Below the pieces are notes generated by a model. That model was not told the origin of the DNA and ran no database searches. It saw nothing but the letters and a program-made list of their open reading frames with translations. Position numbers and translations under genes: made by a program. A DNA stretch of 64,000 nt. Origin: a virus. Taxonomy: Duplodnaviria > Caudoviricetes. Positions 48,601 to 58,688 of the stretch are shown piece after piece. The stretch spans positions 1 through 64,000 of the IMG/VR virus record IMGVR_UViG_3300028048_000120. One strand, 5' to 3'. Position 1 is the first letter of the stretch. Every line of letters begins with the position of its first letter.

Positions 48601-51600
48601 CAGAACAGTCTTTAATTAATAGTGCTGTTCAAAAACATCAAGGTAATTGGTCAAGGCAAGAAGCCCAAAATAATCCAAAAATCCTTTATGTATTTACTGA
48701 TAATACAGACAGAGATAGTGGCTCTGGTATAATTCCTGCTGATAGCTGGTACTCTAAGAAATATGGTGCAGGTCATCATTTTCCAACAATGACTGCTGCT
48801 GTAGTCAGAGGATTGGATAATTCTAGACCTATAAGTACTCAGAGATGGTACCATCAAGGAGCCAAAGGTACTACAGGTAGATGGACTGATGCTGACATAG
48901 AAGAATTTAAAAAAGTAATTCGTGAAGAACTCCAGGAAATAGTAAATGAATTTAATACTGGAAAATATGATACTATCATGTTTCCTGATGGAGATGGTTT
49001 GTTTAATACTCGTATATCTGCCATCTCAAAAACAAGAACTCCTAAACTTTATCAGGCTTTAGGAGAATTGCTGCATGAATTTGGGTTTGACAGCTTAATC
49101 CCTTCTGATATTACAATTTCTAATTCTACTGCTCCTACTAGTACATTAAATATCACACCTGCAAAACCCGTTGATAAGAAAGCAGCAGCTAAAGGTTCTA
49201 TATCTAATAAGTTTATAGGATTTGCTGAGGGAATTGCTGGCTCCTCTACTGCTGAGTATGCAAGACAAGCAGGGGACAAGGCTAATGTTGGCAGTTATAA
49301 CGTTAATGATGTTGTGTTTGTATCAATTCCAGGTTTAAGAGGGAATGAGATTGTAAGACACCAACAGCAAGATAAAACTATTGCAGAAGCTTTAAAGGCA
49401 CTAGAAGCTGGAGCTACTTTGGTAACAGATAACAAAGCCTATACACAGAGCAGTACTTATAATGAAGGTGAAAAAAAGCTTGCTAAAGCTCTTGAAAAAG
49501 CTGGGGCTGTTTATTCTGAGAAAATTGTTAATAACCAAACATTAGGAATATGGATTTTACCTAGTACTAAAAATACTGGTTTAAATAATATTACTGCATA
49601 TAATTCTGATAATGTTGTAGATAAAACTCCTAAACCAGCAATACAAAAGAAGGAAGTAAAAGAGATAAGTAATCCTAGATCTGAAGCTATAAAATCTGCT
49701 CTTGAAATAAGTAAGAATGAGGATAGGGAATATCATGAAGCATTTTCACCTAGACAAATAGCTGATTTAGGAGAATATTTTGGTAAGGTATTTAGTCGTA
49801 AGCTTGATGTAATAGAAGGAGACAGAATTGATGAATTAAATGAATTACTATCTGATGATAGTTATACTAAAAAAGAAAAAGAAGAGATAAGGGAAACTCT
49901 TAATAAGTTTGAAGATCCTATAAAAGGTAGACAACTTATAGCTCAGGAATATGGTATTAATAACCTTATTAATGATGTATTAAAAGAAGTAAAAGGAAAT
50001 ATTGAGGATGCTGAGGAATATAATAATGAAGATGAACTTGTATTATGGACTAATGCAAAAAAGTACTTTACTAAAATATTCAATGAGCAGACAACCTTAA
50101 ATATTGAAGAAGCTGAAGGTATCAGAATAGTAGACTTAGAAGTTAAAGAAAATACTACAGATGATCCTAATAATGATGAAGATGAAGATGATGACACTTC
50201 TCAGTATGCTGATAAAGAAGCCAGTGGTTGGTTATATAAAGCACGTTATACAGACCCAGCAAGTACTCTATCTAAAAAAGTTAAGAGGTTATTTAGTTAT
50301 ATAGAAAAGGAGGTTTTAGTAATAGATAAAGATGGTAATGGTAAATATGTAACAGAGAAGAATAGTATAGGAATGCCTAAATACTATTCTACTAGTCAGG
50401 TATATGCAACTTTCCTTTCTTACTTCTCTAATAATGTGAAAAACCCTGATTCTTTCATGTATATATGTAAAACATATAATGAACTGGTAGAAGCTATAGG
50501 AGAGGATGAAGTTAAAGAATGGGTAGCTGAAGATGAGGAAGAATTTAAAGAAGAGTATCCTTATGGCTATCCTTTGTTCCCAGCTCTTGAAGAGATGGAA
50601 AAACAGTATCCTTGGGTAAAGGGAATAATTGGAAAGCTTACAAATGATTTTTGGAAGGGTAATACTTACCATACCTATGGTACATTAAGTTCTCAAATGT
50701 ATTCAGGATTAAAATTAGCATTCATTCCTTATGATAAGTATGATAAAACTGCTGGTAGATTAAGGTATCTTAATCATGATATGGCTGAACAAGTAATGCT
50801 TGAAAAGCTTAAAACCAATTATTATAATGGTATTACTCTTACTAATACATCTATTTATAATAGTGATGGGAGTATCAATGTTGAGCATCTTCAGGAATTA
50901 AAAGAGAATGGCTATGGTCATGTGGATACAGGCTTAAAGCCACTTACTACAGATGCTTCAGAAGAGGAAATAAAAATTTATAATGAAGTCATTAAGGAGT
51001 ATCTAAATTATATAAGATCTTTTGGTATTGATATGAATGCAAATGCCGTAGTTGCCTTAGTTGCTTCAGAAAGAATAGGTGGCTTCCTCAGGAGACTAGG
51101 ATATATACAAGATGTTATAAGTAAACAAATAGAAAGTGGGGCAAAGAGTGCAGATACCTTTGATTACATGGTAGACGTCAGACACCTCAAGAGTGATGTA
51201 AATCTATGGAAAGACTTATTCACAGGAGCAGGTATAATCACTGATGACCAATATGTACAGAGTTTCCGTGATTCAGCTACTAAGAAAACTAAGTATAGTT
51301 ACTCATCAGATAACTATATTATGAATACTTTCAGAAGTATAGGTATGGGAAGTCTCGAAGACAGAAGAGCATATATTGATGAACACTATAGTAAATATGA
51401 ATGGTTCAGAAATCAGAAAACAGGAGAATGGAGAAATTATTGGCTTGATATATTCTATAATAGAGGAATAGATAATTTGAAAGGATCTGTTGATGAGTTC
51501 CTTTTACCAGCTTATAGAAATGTAGATAATGTAGAGGATGAGAAAAAAGGCAAACCTGTAGTAAGAAAATACTCTAAATGGACTGCTGAGGATATATTTG

Positions 51601-54600
51601 ATATTCAGCAAAGTGGTTATGACCAAAAAAAGAATTGGGCATTTTATCTTGCTCCTATCTTCTCTGATAGTCCTATGTCTTTAATGGTTAGGGGTCCTAA
51701 ATTCACTATGAAGGAGCTTATTGAAAAACATAAGGATCAGATACTTAAAGGTAATAGACTTGTTGATGTAGATAGAAGGGGTGCTTTTGTTGAACTTGTA
51801 AGACAGGAATTAGTTAGAATTAAGTATGAAGTGGAGAGACAAAAAGCTATTAAAGCTGGTAAGATTCTACCAATAGATAATTTTGATTATGGTAATGCTC
51901 TTAAATTTTGCTTTATTCCTGAATTAAATGACTATACAATTAATGGTAAGACTCTTAAGGAAGCTATAGCAAATGCACAGAAAGACTTAGCCACTGATGA
52001 TGAGATAGATGATATTATAAGAGAGTATGTAAAAGAAGTTTTAGAGCCTAATTTTATAAATTATTACTCTACTAATATGAAAGGTTTTGATGATATAAGT
52101 GACTTTAAAAAAGACCAATTGAGAGTAAGATACTATAATATGGTATATGCTAATGCTTCAATGATTCAATTACTTACTGTTGATTTAGCTTTCTATAAGA
52201 ACTTTATTGACTTTCAAAAGAGATGGAAAGAAGTGTACTCAGGAGGCAACAAGCCTAATACCAGCTCTAGATTTGGTAAGAAGACAGAGAATGTTGCTGT
52301 ACTAAGGGATATTATCATTACTTCTCCTTCATACTCTCGTGTTGCTGCTGCTGTAGATAGAAATCAAAATCTAAGTAAGGAAGATAAGGAGCATATCAAG
52401 GGTATATTTAAAAATGTAAATGTAGCAGATGCACAAGCTATCAGAAGCCTAAAGAGCTTTAGGGCTGTAATGGATATGCTTGGAAAGTGGTCTCTAGCAC
52501 ATGATAAAGCTCTTGAGAACTTTAGTAATAATAACTGGAATAGAGCAGACTTTGATGCCATCATGAATATCCTAAAACCATTTCTGTATGGTGTCATAGA
52601 TACTCCTGATGGTCTAGGTAATCATATACCTATGCCAGTACAGCATAAGAACTCTGAGATATGTGCTTTGATGATGTATAGCCTTGTAGCAAATAGTCTT
52701 AATAATTCCCCAGTATACAAGGCATTATCTAGATTCATGGATGAGACAGTAGGCTCTGATGGTGAATCTTTGATAGATATGATTGAATTTGAATCTGCTA
52801 GTAAAGTATGTAATCAAGGTGTAATCAATATATCTTTTTCTCCTAAGAAAGTTAAAAACTTTATTGCACATGGATTTGATACTTATGGTATTAAAATGGA
52901 CCCTATAAAAGATGACAATGGTAAAATAATACCTGTTAACAGTAATACTGTTGAAACCTATTATAGTTATATTAAGGATAGTCTTGATAATATGCTTGAT
53001 AAAGGAACTATTACTCAAGATAAATATAATGAGATTATGTCAAAGCTTGCTCCTTCAGAGGATGAAATAATCAGTATACTTAAATCTGCAACAACAATTG
53101 TAGATAATGACGGTAATACTGTTATAAATCCCCAAAGAGTAAAGACTATTCCATTTGATTATTATTCAGAATCACAACATGTTCCCCTTCACCATGAAGA
53201 TGCTAAAGTACCTCATGGTTCTCAGGCAAGAAACCTTGCAGTAGCAGATATATCTGATAACACATCAATAGAACTTAAAGGTAAGGGAGAAAAACAGCAA
53301 TTCAAGGGTCAAGATATAGTAGATTTCTACTATAAACTACTCAATGAGAATCTATTGGAAGATTATTTTGGTGCTGATGGTAAAGGAGGTTTATCTGAAA
53401 TCTTTAGTAGCAATGAATCACTTGCTGAAGCTATAAAGGATGTTGTAAGAGGTAATCCTAAATATGATAGAGGATTTATGGAAGCACTAGAATTACATGA
53501 TGGAAAGTTTAATTTATCATTAAACTCTCCTACAATGTTCAGTGCAATACAGAGTATTGTTACAGCATTCTTCAGAAATAGAATAACCAAACAGAAGGTA
53601 GATGGTGCTACTTTGGTGCAAGCAGCAGGTGTAGGTTTGAACAAAGACCTTAGACTTAAATTTGATGATAATGGTAAACTTATAGGATTGGAGTGCTATC
53701 TCCCTGTTACTTCCAAAGCTTTATTTGAACCTCTTCTTACTACTGATGCAGAAGGCAATACAATACTTGATCCTAAGAAGCTAGAGGAGTTTGGTCTTAA
53801 TGAAGCTGTAGGTTATCGTATTCCTACTGAGAATAAATCTAGTATGGCTCCTCTTATTATTAAAGGATTTACTCCTATACAAAATGGTTCAGTGATAATA
53901 TTACCAGCAGAAATTACTGCATTGGCTGGTTCTGATTTTGATGTTGATAAATTGTTCCTCATCCTTTCATCCTTTAGTGTAAGAAACTATAATATGGCTA
54001 AGGCTTGGGAAGATTTTGCAAAGGAAAATAATATTAAAGTCAATATCACTAATAGTATAGATATAAGTCGTATTTCAGATGAGGAGTTCTTTTCTTATCT
54101 AAATGAGATTGGTTTTGATGAATCATTTAACAAATGGTTTAATAGAAAAACTGGAAATAAAACAGTTGCAGGTATAGCAATTATTAATAAGGACCAGTAT
54201 CTCTTAAGAGATAAGAAGACAGGTGAACCTAAGCCTGAGGTATTTGCTGTTAAATATGATTTCAATAAATCCCCTAAAGAGAATGGAAGGAAAGCTAGGA
54301 ATAATATGATTCTTCAAATTACTAATCAGATACTTCGTTCTAAGGAAGGTTCTGAAGCTTTCTTAAATCCTCAAGGATTCAAGGATGTAGAGGATGCTGC
54401 AAACTTCATGCGTGTATTAAATGCATTTAAGTCTGGATCTTCTGAAATTATAGACCTTATCCCAGGAGAGACATATACAGAAAAATTAAGTAATTTAACC
54501 AAGCTAGAATCTAAGGAATTAAGTGCTTTAACTAAGAAGATTAAAAATCCTGTAGCTCCAGTATATCCACAAACTTTTGCAAAGCTTCATGCTCAAAATA

Positions 54601-56699
54601 TGGCAGGTGTAGAGCAACTTTGTATTTATGCTGTACAAGCTTCTATGAGTGCTAAGCACCAAAGAGCTAATATTGTGATCAAACCTTACTTACAATTTAC
54701 TATTAATGGTAGGACTATAGATAGAATTGATACTTCTAGAGGAGGTAGGACAGTAAAGAATACTAACCAAATGGTAGGTGCTGCTGCTGATAATGGTAAA
54801 AATCCTACCCTATCAGCTATGGGTTCTACAAGTAATACTGCTTCTGTTATAGGTACTCTATTAAGGGAAGGTCTTACACACAAAGAAGCTGCTCTTATAG
54901 TAAACTCTCCTTATATGCAATTATCTAAGGAGAAACTAATGAGACTCATGAATGGTAAATTTCCTGAAAAGAATGAGGTTACTACCGATATGCTTATACG
55001 TGTTTATGTAGATTCAAATGGTACTAATAAAATAGCAAGTGAGGATGATATTTACAATGTAATGGCTTTATGCTACAAAGTAAAAAGTCAACATACTTCT
55101 ATTGAGTTTGTCAATAAGGTTTCAAGAGCAGATTCACCTAATGGAGGTATGAAGAGTTCTTATGCAGGATGTCGTGTTCAGAGATATAAGGTAGATGTGC
55201 TACAAGCTATGATGGGTCAGAAAACCTTTGCTTTTGAGCCTATTAAGGAAACTCTAAGCAATGATGCTATAAATATGACTGGTTCTGAAGATGAGATAAG
55301 AAAGCAGTTATACAATCAAAGAATGGGATTGCTTCATGGTATGTATGCTTTGGGTATTAATTCTTTTGACACATTAACAAAAAACTTCTTCTTTGGTTCT
55401 CAAAAGTGGTTTGATGATAAGATTATAAAACCTATCTTATATAATCTTCCTGTAGATACTTCGGACAATACACTGATAGATATTGTAAATAGTGTATATA
55501 AAGCCTATGTAGTATACAGACTATCCGATTCTAAATTATTTGGTAATGATGACCAGTATACTATGGAGGAAAAGAGAAAGTACTACACAGAGAAATTCCC
55601 TGAGGATTTCAAGAAACTTATAGCAAGTAATAAAGAAGTGCGAAATCTATTAGGTAATATCTTTACTGTAAAGATGGGCAGAATCATGTTCCTTGATGCT
55701 AGTAATATTAATAAAAAACAAATGGCTATAGTTAGAACTAGGGTAGGAGACCTAAGATATAGCAAGGATGAGGAAGTAAGAAAACTGGCAACTGATTTAC
55801 TTCTATACTCTTATTACGAGAATGGATTGCAGTTTAGTAATACTTCAATATCTTCAGCTTTCAGTACAGACTTCCTAATGAGTTTTAAGGAGTATAGCAA
55901 AGTATTGGAAGATATGAATAAAGAGGTTAGTGAAGAAGATACTAGGAACTTCATTCATCAATTCCTATCATTTAACCATGAAATGGCTGTACTTGTTCCC
56001 CCTTCATTAAGGGATAATTTAATGTGGGACAAATCTACTGGAGACCTGCTTATTATGAATAATGGTAAGAATACAATCAAAAAGATGACAAGTCCTATAC
56101 TTTCTCCTAATCCTAATGGTGATATTAATATGTACAAGTATGTTATATGGATGGGACAGATTTATATCTATGATAAAGAAGCTACTGAAAACCAAGGTTA
56201 TGCGTCCTTGGTATATCATAGAGTGCCTATTTATAGTAACTCTAAAATGCATCCTGTTTTCAATAGTAATTTAAAGGTTTCAGATTTGGAAAGTCTTTAC
56301 TCTATTACAGCAAAAGAGGGGAGAAAGAAAGAAGATAAGGATATACATGATGAAGGTCTTATACAAGAGGCAAAGAATAGACAAGGATTAGGTAAAGTAG
56401 AAGATAAGAATATGCTATATGATTATGAGGATATGGAGAATGAACCATTTAATTATATGGATGTGGCTACTCAAGACTATAATATAGAAGATCAAAATAC
56501 AGATGACTTATCAGGAAAAACTGATATATCTGTAAATCCAAAATTTGACCATGATCTTAATGAAGATTATCTAGAAAATCTACTTAAAGAGGCAGGTACT
56601 AAGACAATTAATGTAGATGTATCTGATAATATGTCGGATACTTCCCAGTATAGTAAAGAAGGCAATGATACTCTAGATACACAAATGTGTATTGGTTAA
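45681..56699 (+). CDS. crAss-like virion DNA-dependent RNA polymerase with N-terminal accessory domains
   Basis: 3672 aa; GYRIPT and LAGSDFDVDKL (DxDxD at 53934-53948) as in the phi14:2 gp66-type RNAP; HGSQAR motif. Confidence 0.88.
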   Translation: MSGEVCLIMTPKLEELYNKLQSKYPKECEASLVNKNVFLGWVELYQKDFNKTPDFTPDLKSLVPYVENLRKREGRSFLNKEIAQKSEANSTLVQFIKDIETLAGYYEGGGRVLSDDVPNFPNELDDKLNDYFMEGKELSLDDYRKLWKVLEFKDGKVYARKPTTTEDNKQDIVTQLIDQLKASGITVLGKADMEKYLTEKGKLDPVYTLQAIKENKEMQDIKAKALADGTFMKAPNGKPTNLTERQWLQVRTKAFKEWFGDWENDPTNASKVVDENGEPKVMFRTDGANKTVMGRGDEGSFFATDNLSVAGSYASKEASLYKGFVSLKNPYIIKGESHGFFFEYKGKETTVQEAQSSLIEEGYDGVYFERTWDVGDRVNVGKDYWANNVAMFNPNQFKSATDNNGEFSTENDDIQMFIGKKAYGNPLTRDLYYAENQYKKTIQQINSLERELNSNIYEDSISTKNGSIKIVQNERSKDSSEYDRDTITLSSGRSIFGRVSISIQANVSKNLIGGSILFPSIEINNPNNNYLRLENPIRSNHASLLKTVLQYFIDNGHNKPHTQWTLYAGGKYGKEYNYKGRIKNLSKVLGVDVSPYFQFEMRDGKEENTVEERVIVDAKGLIEALPTLVDTKAFSKLTDVLQSNEQNNVDYILKRKNLTQQLHELNKQRDVEWKKVQDIKKKIKNELDASSDLPFFITPEGEVYGFVDEKGNIYLDETVISPEHPIHEYTHLWDTILAKKNPALWNRGKQLLKDKNLKLKGHEKSIWQEIEEDPNYGLKWDKTKAHYEDYVASEVHARLTGKKGLQLLDEIAKQKGSKNIISKLKQWILDVYKELKATFSKWTPEELDKLTIKDFTYMTLRDFTSGMDLSNVPTILKETSDPNISKEQINEARNALYHIIQTSKFRIDQIQDKIKWNKATNEDIQNLNKYKVKLKEDTELLAGLDTGKSEVYINEYNTPMVRWVNKKEKPSSPAEQSLINSAVQKHQGNWSRQEAQNNPKILYVFTDNTDRDSGSGIIPADSWYSKKYGAGHHFPTMTAAVVRGLDNSRPISTQRWYHQGAKGTTGRWTDADIEEFKKVIREELQEIVNEFNTGKYDTIMFPDGDGLFNTRISAISKTRTPKLYQALGELLHEFGFDSLIPSDITISNSTAPTSTLNITPAKPVDKKAAAKGSISNKFIGFAEGIAGSSTAEYARQAGDKANVGSYNVNDVVFVSIPGLRGNEIVRHQQQDKTIAEALKALEAGATLVTDNKAYTQSSTYNEGEKKLAKALEKAGAVYSEKIVNNQTLGIWILPSTKNTGLNNITAYNSDNVVDKTPKPAIQKKEVKEISNPRSEAIKSALEISKNEDREYHEAFSPRQIADLGEYFGKVFSRKLDVIEGDRIDELNELLSDDSYTKKEKEEIRETLNKFEDPIKGRQLIAQEYGINNLINDVLKEVKGNIEDAEEYNNEDELVLWTNAKKYFTKIFNEQTTLNIEEAEGIRIVDLEVKENTTDDPNNDEDEDDDTSQYADKEASGWLYKARYTDPASTLSKKVKRLFSYIEKEVLVIDKDGNGKYVTEKNSIGMPKYYSTSQVYATFLSYFSNNVKNPDSFMYICKTYNELVEAIGEDEVKEWVAEDEEEFKEEYPYGYPLFPALEEMEKQYPWVKGIIGKLTNDFWKGNTYHTYGTLSSQMYSGLKLAFIPYDKYDKTAGRLRYLNHDMAEQVMLEKLKTNYYNGITLTNTSIYNSDGSINVEHLQELKENGYGHVDTGLKPLTTDASEEEIKIYNEVIKEYLNYIRSFGIDMNANAVVALVASERIGGFLRRLGYIQDVISKQIESGAKSADTFDYMVDVRHLKSDVNLWKDLFTGAGIITDDQYVQSFRDSATKKTKYSYSSDNYIMNTFRSIGMGSLEDRRAYIDEHYSKYEWFRNQKTGEWRNYWLDIFYNRGIDNLKGSVDEFLLPAYRNVDNVEDEKKGKPVVRKYSKWTAEDIFDIQQSGYDQKKNWAFYLAPIFSDSPMSLMVRGPKFTMKELIEKHKDQILKGNRLVDVDRRGAFVELVRQELVRIKYEVERQKAIKAGKILPIDNFDYGNALKFCFIPELNDYTINGKTLKEAIANAQKDLATDDEIDDIIREYVKEVLEPNFINYYSTNMKGFDDISDFKKDQLRVRYYNMVYANASMIQLLTVDLAFYKNFIDFQKRWKEVYSGGNKPNTSSRFGKKTENVAVLRDIIITSPSYSRVAAAVDRNQNLSKEDKEHIKGIFKNVNVADAQAIRSLKSFRAVMDMLGKWSLAHDKALENFSNNNWNRADFDAIMNILKPFLYGVIDTPDGLGNHIPMPVQHKNSEICALMMYSLVANSLNNSPVYKALSRFMDETVGSDGESLIDMIEFESASKVCNQGVINISFSPKKVKNFIAHGFDTYGIKMDPIKDDNGKIIPVNSNTVETYYSYIKDSLDNMLDKGTITQDKYNEIMSKLAPSEDEIISILKSATTIVDNDGNTVINPQRVKTIPFDYYSESQHVPLHHEDAKVPHGSQARNLAVADISDNTSIELKGKGEKQQFKGQDIVDFYYKLLNENLLEDYFGADGKGGLSEIFSSNESLAEAIKDVVRGNPKYDRGFMEALELHDGKFNLSLNSPTMFSAIQSIVTAFFRNRITKQKVDGATLVQAAGVGLNKDLRLKFDDNGKLIGLECYLPVTSKALFEPLLTTDAEGNTILDPKKLEEFGLNEAVGYRIPTENKSSMAPLIIKGFTPIQNGSVIILPAEITALAGSDFDVDKLFLILSSFSVRNYNMAKAWEDFAKENNIKVNITNSIDISRISDEEFFSYLNEIGFDESFNKWFNRKTGNKTVAGIAIINKDQYLLRDKKTGEPKPEVFAVKYDFNKSPKENGRKARNNMILQITNQILRSKEGSEAFLNPQGFKDVEDAANFMRVLNAFKSGSSEIIDLIPGETYTEKLSNLTKLESKELSALTKKIKNPVAPVYPQTFAKLHAQNMAGVEQLCIYAVQASMSAKHQRANIVIKPYLQFTINGRTIDRIDTSRGGRTVKNTNQMVGAAADNGKNPTLSAMGSTSNTASVIGTLLREGLTHKEAALIVNSPYMQLSKEKLMRLMNGKFPEKNEVTTDMLIRVYVDSNGTNKIASEDDIYNVMALCYKVKSQHTSIEFVNKVSRADSPNGGMKSSYAGCRVQRYKVDVLQAMMGQKTFAFEPIKETLSNDAINMTGSEDEIRKQLYNQRMGLLHGMYALGINSFDTLTKNFFFGSQKWFDDKIIKPILYNLPVDTSDNTLIDIVNSVYKAYVVYRLSDSKLFGNDDQYTMEEKRKYYTEKFPEDFKKLIASNKEVRNLLGNIFTVKMGRIMFLDASNINKKQMAIVRTRVGDLRYSKDEEVRKLATDLLLYSYYENGLQFSNTSISSAFSTDFLMSFKEYSKVLEDMNKEVSEEDTRNFIHQFLSFNHEMAVLVPPSLRDNLMWDKSTGDLLIMNNGKNTIKKMTSPILSPNPNGDINMYKYVIWMGQIYIYDKEATENQGYASLVYHRVPIYSNSKMHPVFNSNLKVSDLESLYSITAKEGRKKEDKDIHDEGLIQEAKNRQGLGKVEDKNMLYDYEDMENEPFNYMDVATQDYNIEDQNTDDLSGKTDISVNPKFDHDLNEDYLENLLKEAGTKTINVDVSDNMSDTSQYSKEGNDTLDTQMCIG

Positions 56700-56710
56700 T
56701 ATGGTTATTT

Positions 56711-56739
56711 AAAAAGGAGGGTTGAAAAATCCTCCTTTT
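56711..56739. terminator. Bidirectional terminator
   Basis: aaaaggagg/cctcctttt stem between convergent genes. Confidence 0.75.
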
Positions 56740-57139
56740 ATTTTTTAATATTCTTAAATATAGAATACATTCTACTTACTATATACCCTATAGTATAAGC
56801 TGCATTTTCTCCTATATCATCTACTGAATATGCTCTAAGTAAAGCTTGTTTTACATGTTCTGCTTCATGTACTATAGAATTGATATAATCTATATCATTA
56901 CTATGATTACCAAATAATACTATACTTACTCTCTCTTCAATGCTGTTACAAGTTGCAGCTTTAACCTTTCCACTTTTTATTTTATTGAAAATATCATCTA
57001 TAGATTCTTTTGAAAAATTTAGTAAACGTAATTCAAAATAAATATCATCAAAGAAGCTATAATCTATATTATAATAAACTATAATTTTCCAATATTTTTC
57101 TATTTTGAACATCTGTTTAATCATAGCATTTCTTCCCAA
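56738..57139 (-). CDS. Small HExxH metallopeptidase-like protein
   Basis: IVHEAEHVKQ..ENAAY (DNA 56855-56869). Confidence 0.6.
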   Translation of the reverse strand: MGRNAMIKQMFKIEKYWKIIVYYNIDYSFFDDIYFELRLLNFSKESIDDIFNKIKSGKVKAATCNSIEERVSIVLFGNHSNDIDYINSIVHEAEHVKQALLRAYSVDDIGENAAYTIGYIVSRMYSIFKNIKK

Positions 57140-57537
57140 TCTATAGGATTATTCATAAATATAGTATCAGCATAGAATCTATTAAATATAAATCCTTCAG
57201 TAGCATCAGGGTCATCTATTAAATCTTTTATATACATAGCCAAGTATTTATCTGAGGGTAAGGACTTACCTAAGAAATCAGCTTTAGCCATATTAGCTAC
57301 ATATACATAATCATATAGTTTATTTCTATCTAAAACTATATTATTATTACGTAATAGTGAATCAACCTGTTCTTTAGTATATGGTACTATGTACTTTTTT
57401 ATACCATTTTCCATAGTATACATTCTACTAGCAGCTTCTTCACAAAGCTTCCTATTAAAATGACAACCATAGTTATTTATATAACTCTTCATTCCTAATG
57501 GAATTTCATCATAACTTCCTGTATTCTTTTGATACAT
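57121..57537 (-). CDS. Conserved hypothetical protein, homolog of 28406..28894
   Basis: YGCHFN..RMY..YDYVYVANMAKADF..DDPD. Confidence 0.7.
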   Translation of the reverse strand: MYQKNTGSYDEIPLGMKSYINNYGCHFNRKLCEEAASRMYTMENGIKKYIVPYTKEQVDSLLRNNNIVLDRNKLYDYVYVANMAKADFLGKSLPSDKYLAMYIKDLIDDPDATEGFIFNRFYADTIFMNNPIDWEEML

Positions 57538-57550
57538 AATATTAATATTT

Positions 57551-57580
57551 AAAAGGCAGCTGATAGTATCAACTGCCCTT
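57551..57580 (-). terminator. Hairpin/terminator
   Basis: aaggcag/ctgccctt stem. Confidence 0.5.
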
Positions 57581-57589
57581 GATTAAACA

Positions 57590-57790
57590 TTACCTTCTTC
57601 TAGTATATCGGTAGTCATATCTACCTTCTTTCATATCATCATAATTCCTATGATAATCATCTCTATACTCAACATCATCCATAGCATCTTCTAGACACTC
57701 TTCAAGATCTTCTGCAAATTCTTTCATCTTTTTAATCTTTTCAAGCATCTCTTTGTGCTCTCCACTACTTCTAAATCTTACTATTTTCAT
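57590..57790 (-). CDS. Small acidic coiled-coil protein
   Basis: 66 aa; EDLEECLEDA, Tyr/Arg-rich tail. Confidence 0.6.
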   Translation of the reverse strand: MKIVRFRSSGEHKEMLEKIKKMKEFAEDLEECLEDAMDDVEYRDDYHRNYDDMKEGRYDYRYTRRR

Positions 57791-57794
57791 ATCT

Positions 57795-58283
57795 TTAAAT
57801 TGTTTTATTATTACTTTTTAAAAGAGCTAAAGCTTCCTTTAATTGAGCTTGCATACTCTCAACTTGCCCTTTTAATTCCTTTACTGCATTATTATCTACC
57901 ATGCTGGGATTTAATTGCTCTAAAACTTTTTTATATTGCTCAATAAGAATTTCATGTTTATCTTTAGAGTTTACTATATCAATACTTTTTTGAAGTTGTC
58001 CATTAATATAATTTACTAAAGATTCCTTATTATCAGCAATAACAAAAGTATCAGGACCAAAATCAGCTATAGTGTTATTACTAGGTACTTGCTTAAATTC
58101 TCTCTTCTCTCCATTTATTACAGCTATTATATCTATAACTGTTTCTGGAATTTGACCAAAAGTATTCTGCATATACCTAGATCTAGGTAAGGATATTGAG
58201 TCTATAGGTGCAGTGAAAAACTTAATATCACCTTTAGTATCTAGACCATATAATACACTTCCTTTACTTAAATTTGAAAACAT
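57795..58283 (-). CDS. Hypothetical protein with C-terminal coiled coil
   Basis: 162 aa within the conserved module. Confidence 0.6.
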   Translation of the reverse strand: MFSNLSKGSVLYGLDTKGDIKFFTAPIDSISLPRSRYMQNTFGQIPETVIDIIAVINGEKREFKQVPSNNTIADFGPDTFVIADNKESLVNYINGQLQKSIDIVNSKDKHEILIEQYKKVLEQLNPSMVDNNAVKELKGQVESMQAQLKEALALLKSNNKTI

Positions 58284-58320
58284 AGCCTCTTAATTAAAAC
58301 CTTTTATTTTATTCTCTTCT

Positions 58321-58674
58321 TTATGCTGTAGTAGGATTAAGCAACTGAAGAATGTTACTATTCTTATCATAATAAATAAGATAGATTCCAGTTCCTGACA
58401 TTTCTGAAGCAGTAGCTGCTATTCCACCAACCACAGTAAGAGGTTGAGTAAAATCACTAGATTCAAACAAAATAGGTAAGGTACCAGCAGTACTAGGAAT
58501 TTCGGTATTTAGTCTAAATATCATTATACCATTAGTACTTAGAAATCTAAATGCCCTTCTAGGAATACCTATTACTACATTTTCAGTAGTAACATTTACA
58601 CAGGTACTCTCAATCATAGGTATACCATTCCTATTGGCAAAGTTAAAAGGATAATTAGTAGTTGCTCCAAACAT
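58321..58674 (-). CDS. Hypothetical beta-rich protein
   Basis: 117 aa directly downstream of the Gly-rich gene. Confidence 0.6.
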   Translation of the reverse strand: MFGATTNYPFNFANRNGIPMIESTCVNVTTENVVIGIPRRAFRFLSTNGIMIFRLNTEIPSTAGTLPILFESSDFTQPLTVVGGIAATASEMSGTGIYLIYYDKNSNILQLLNPTTA

Positions 58675-58688
58675 AGGTATATATTTTA

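Noticed and set aside
47411-56252. Short minus-strand ORFs inside the RNAP gene
   Set aside because: Antisense shadows in a biased-codon gene; no evidence for introns or inteins (no stop interruptions or recognisable splicing motifs)
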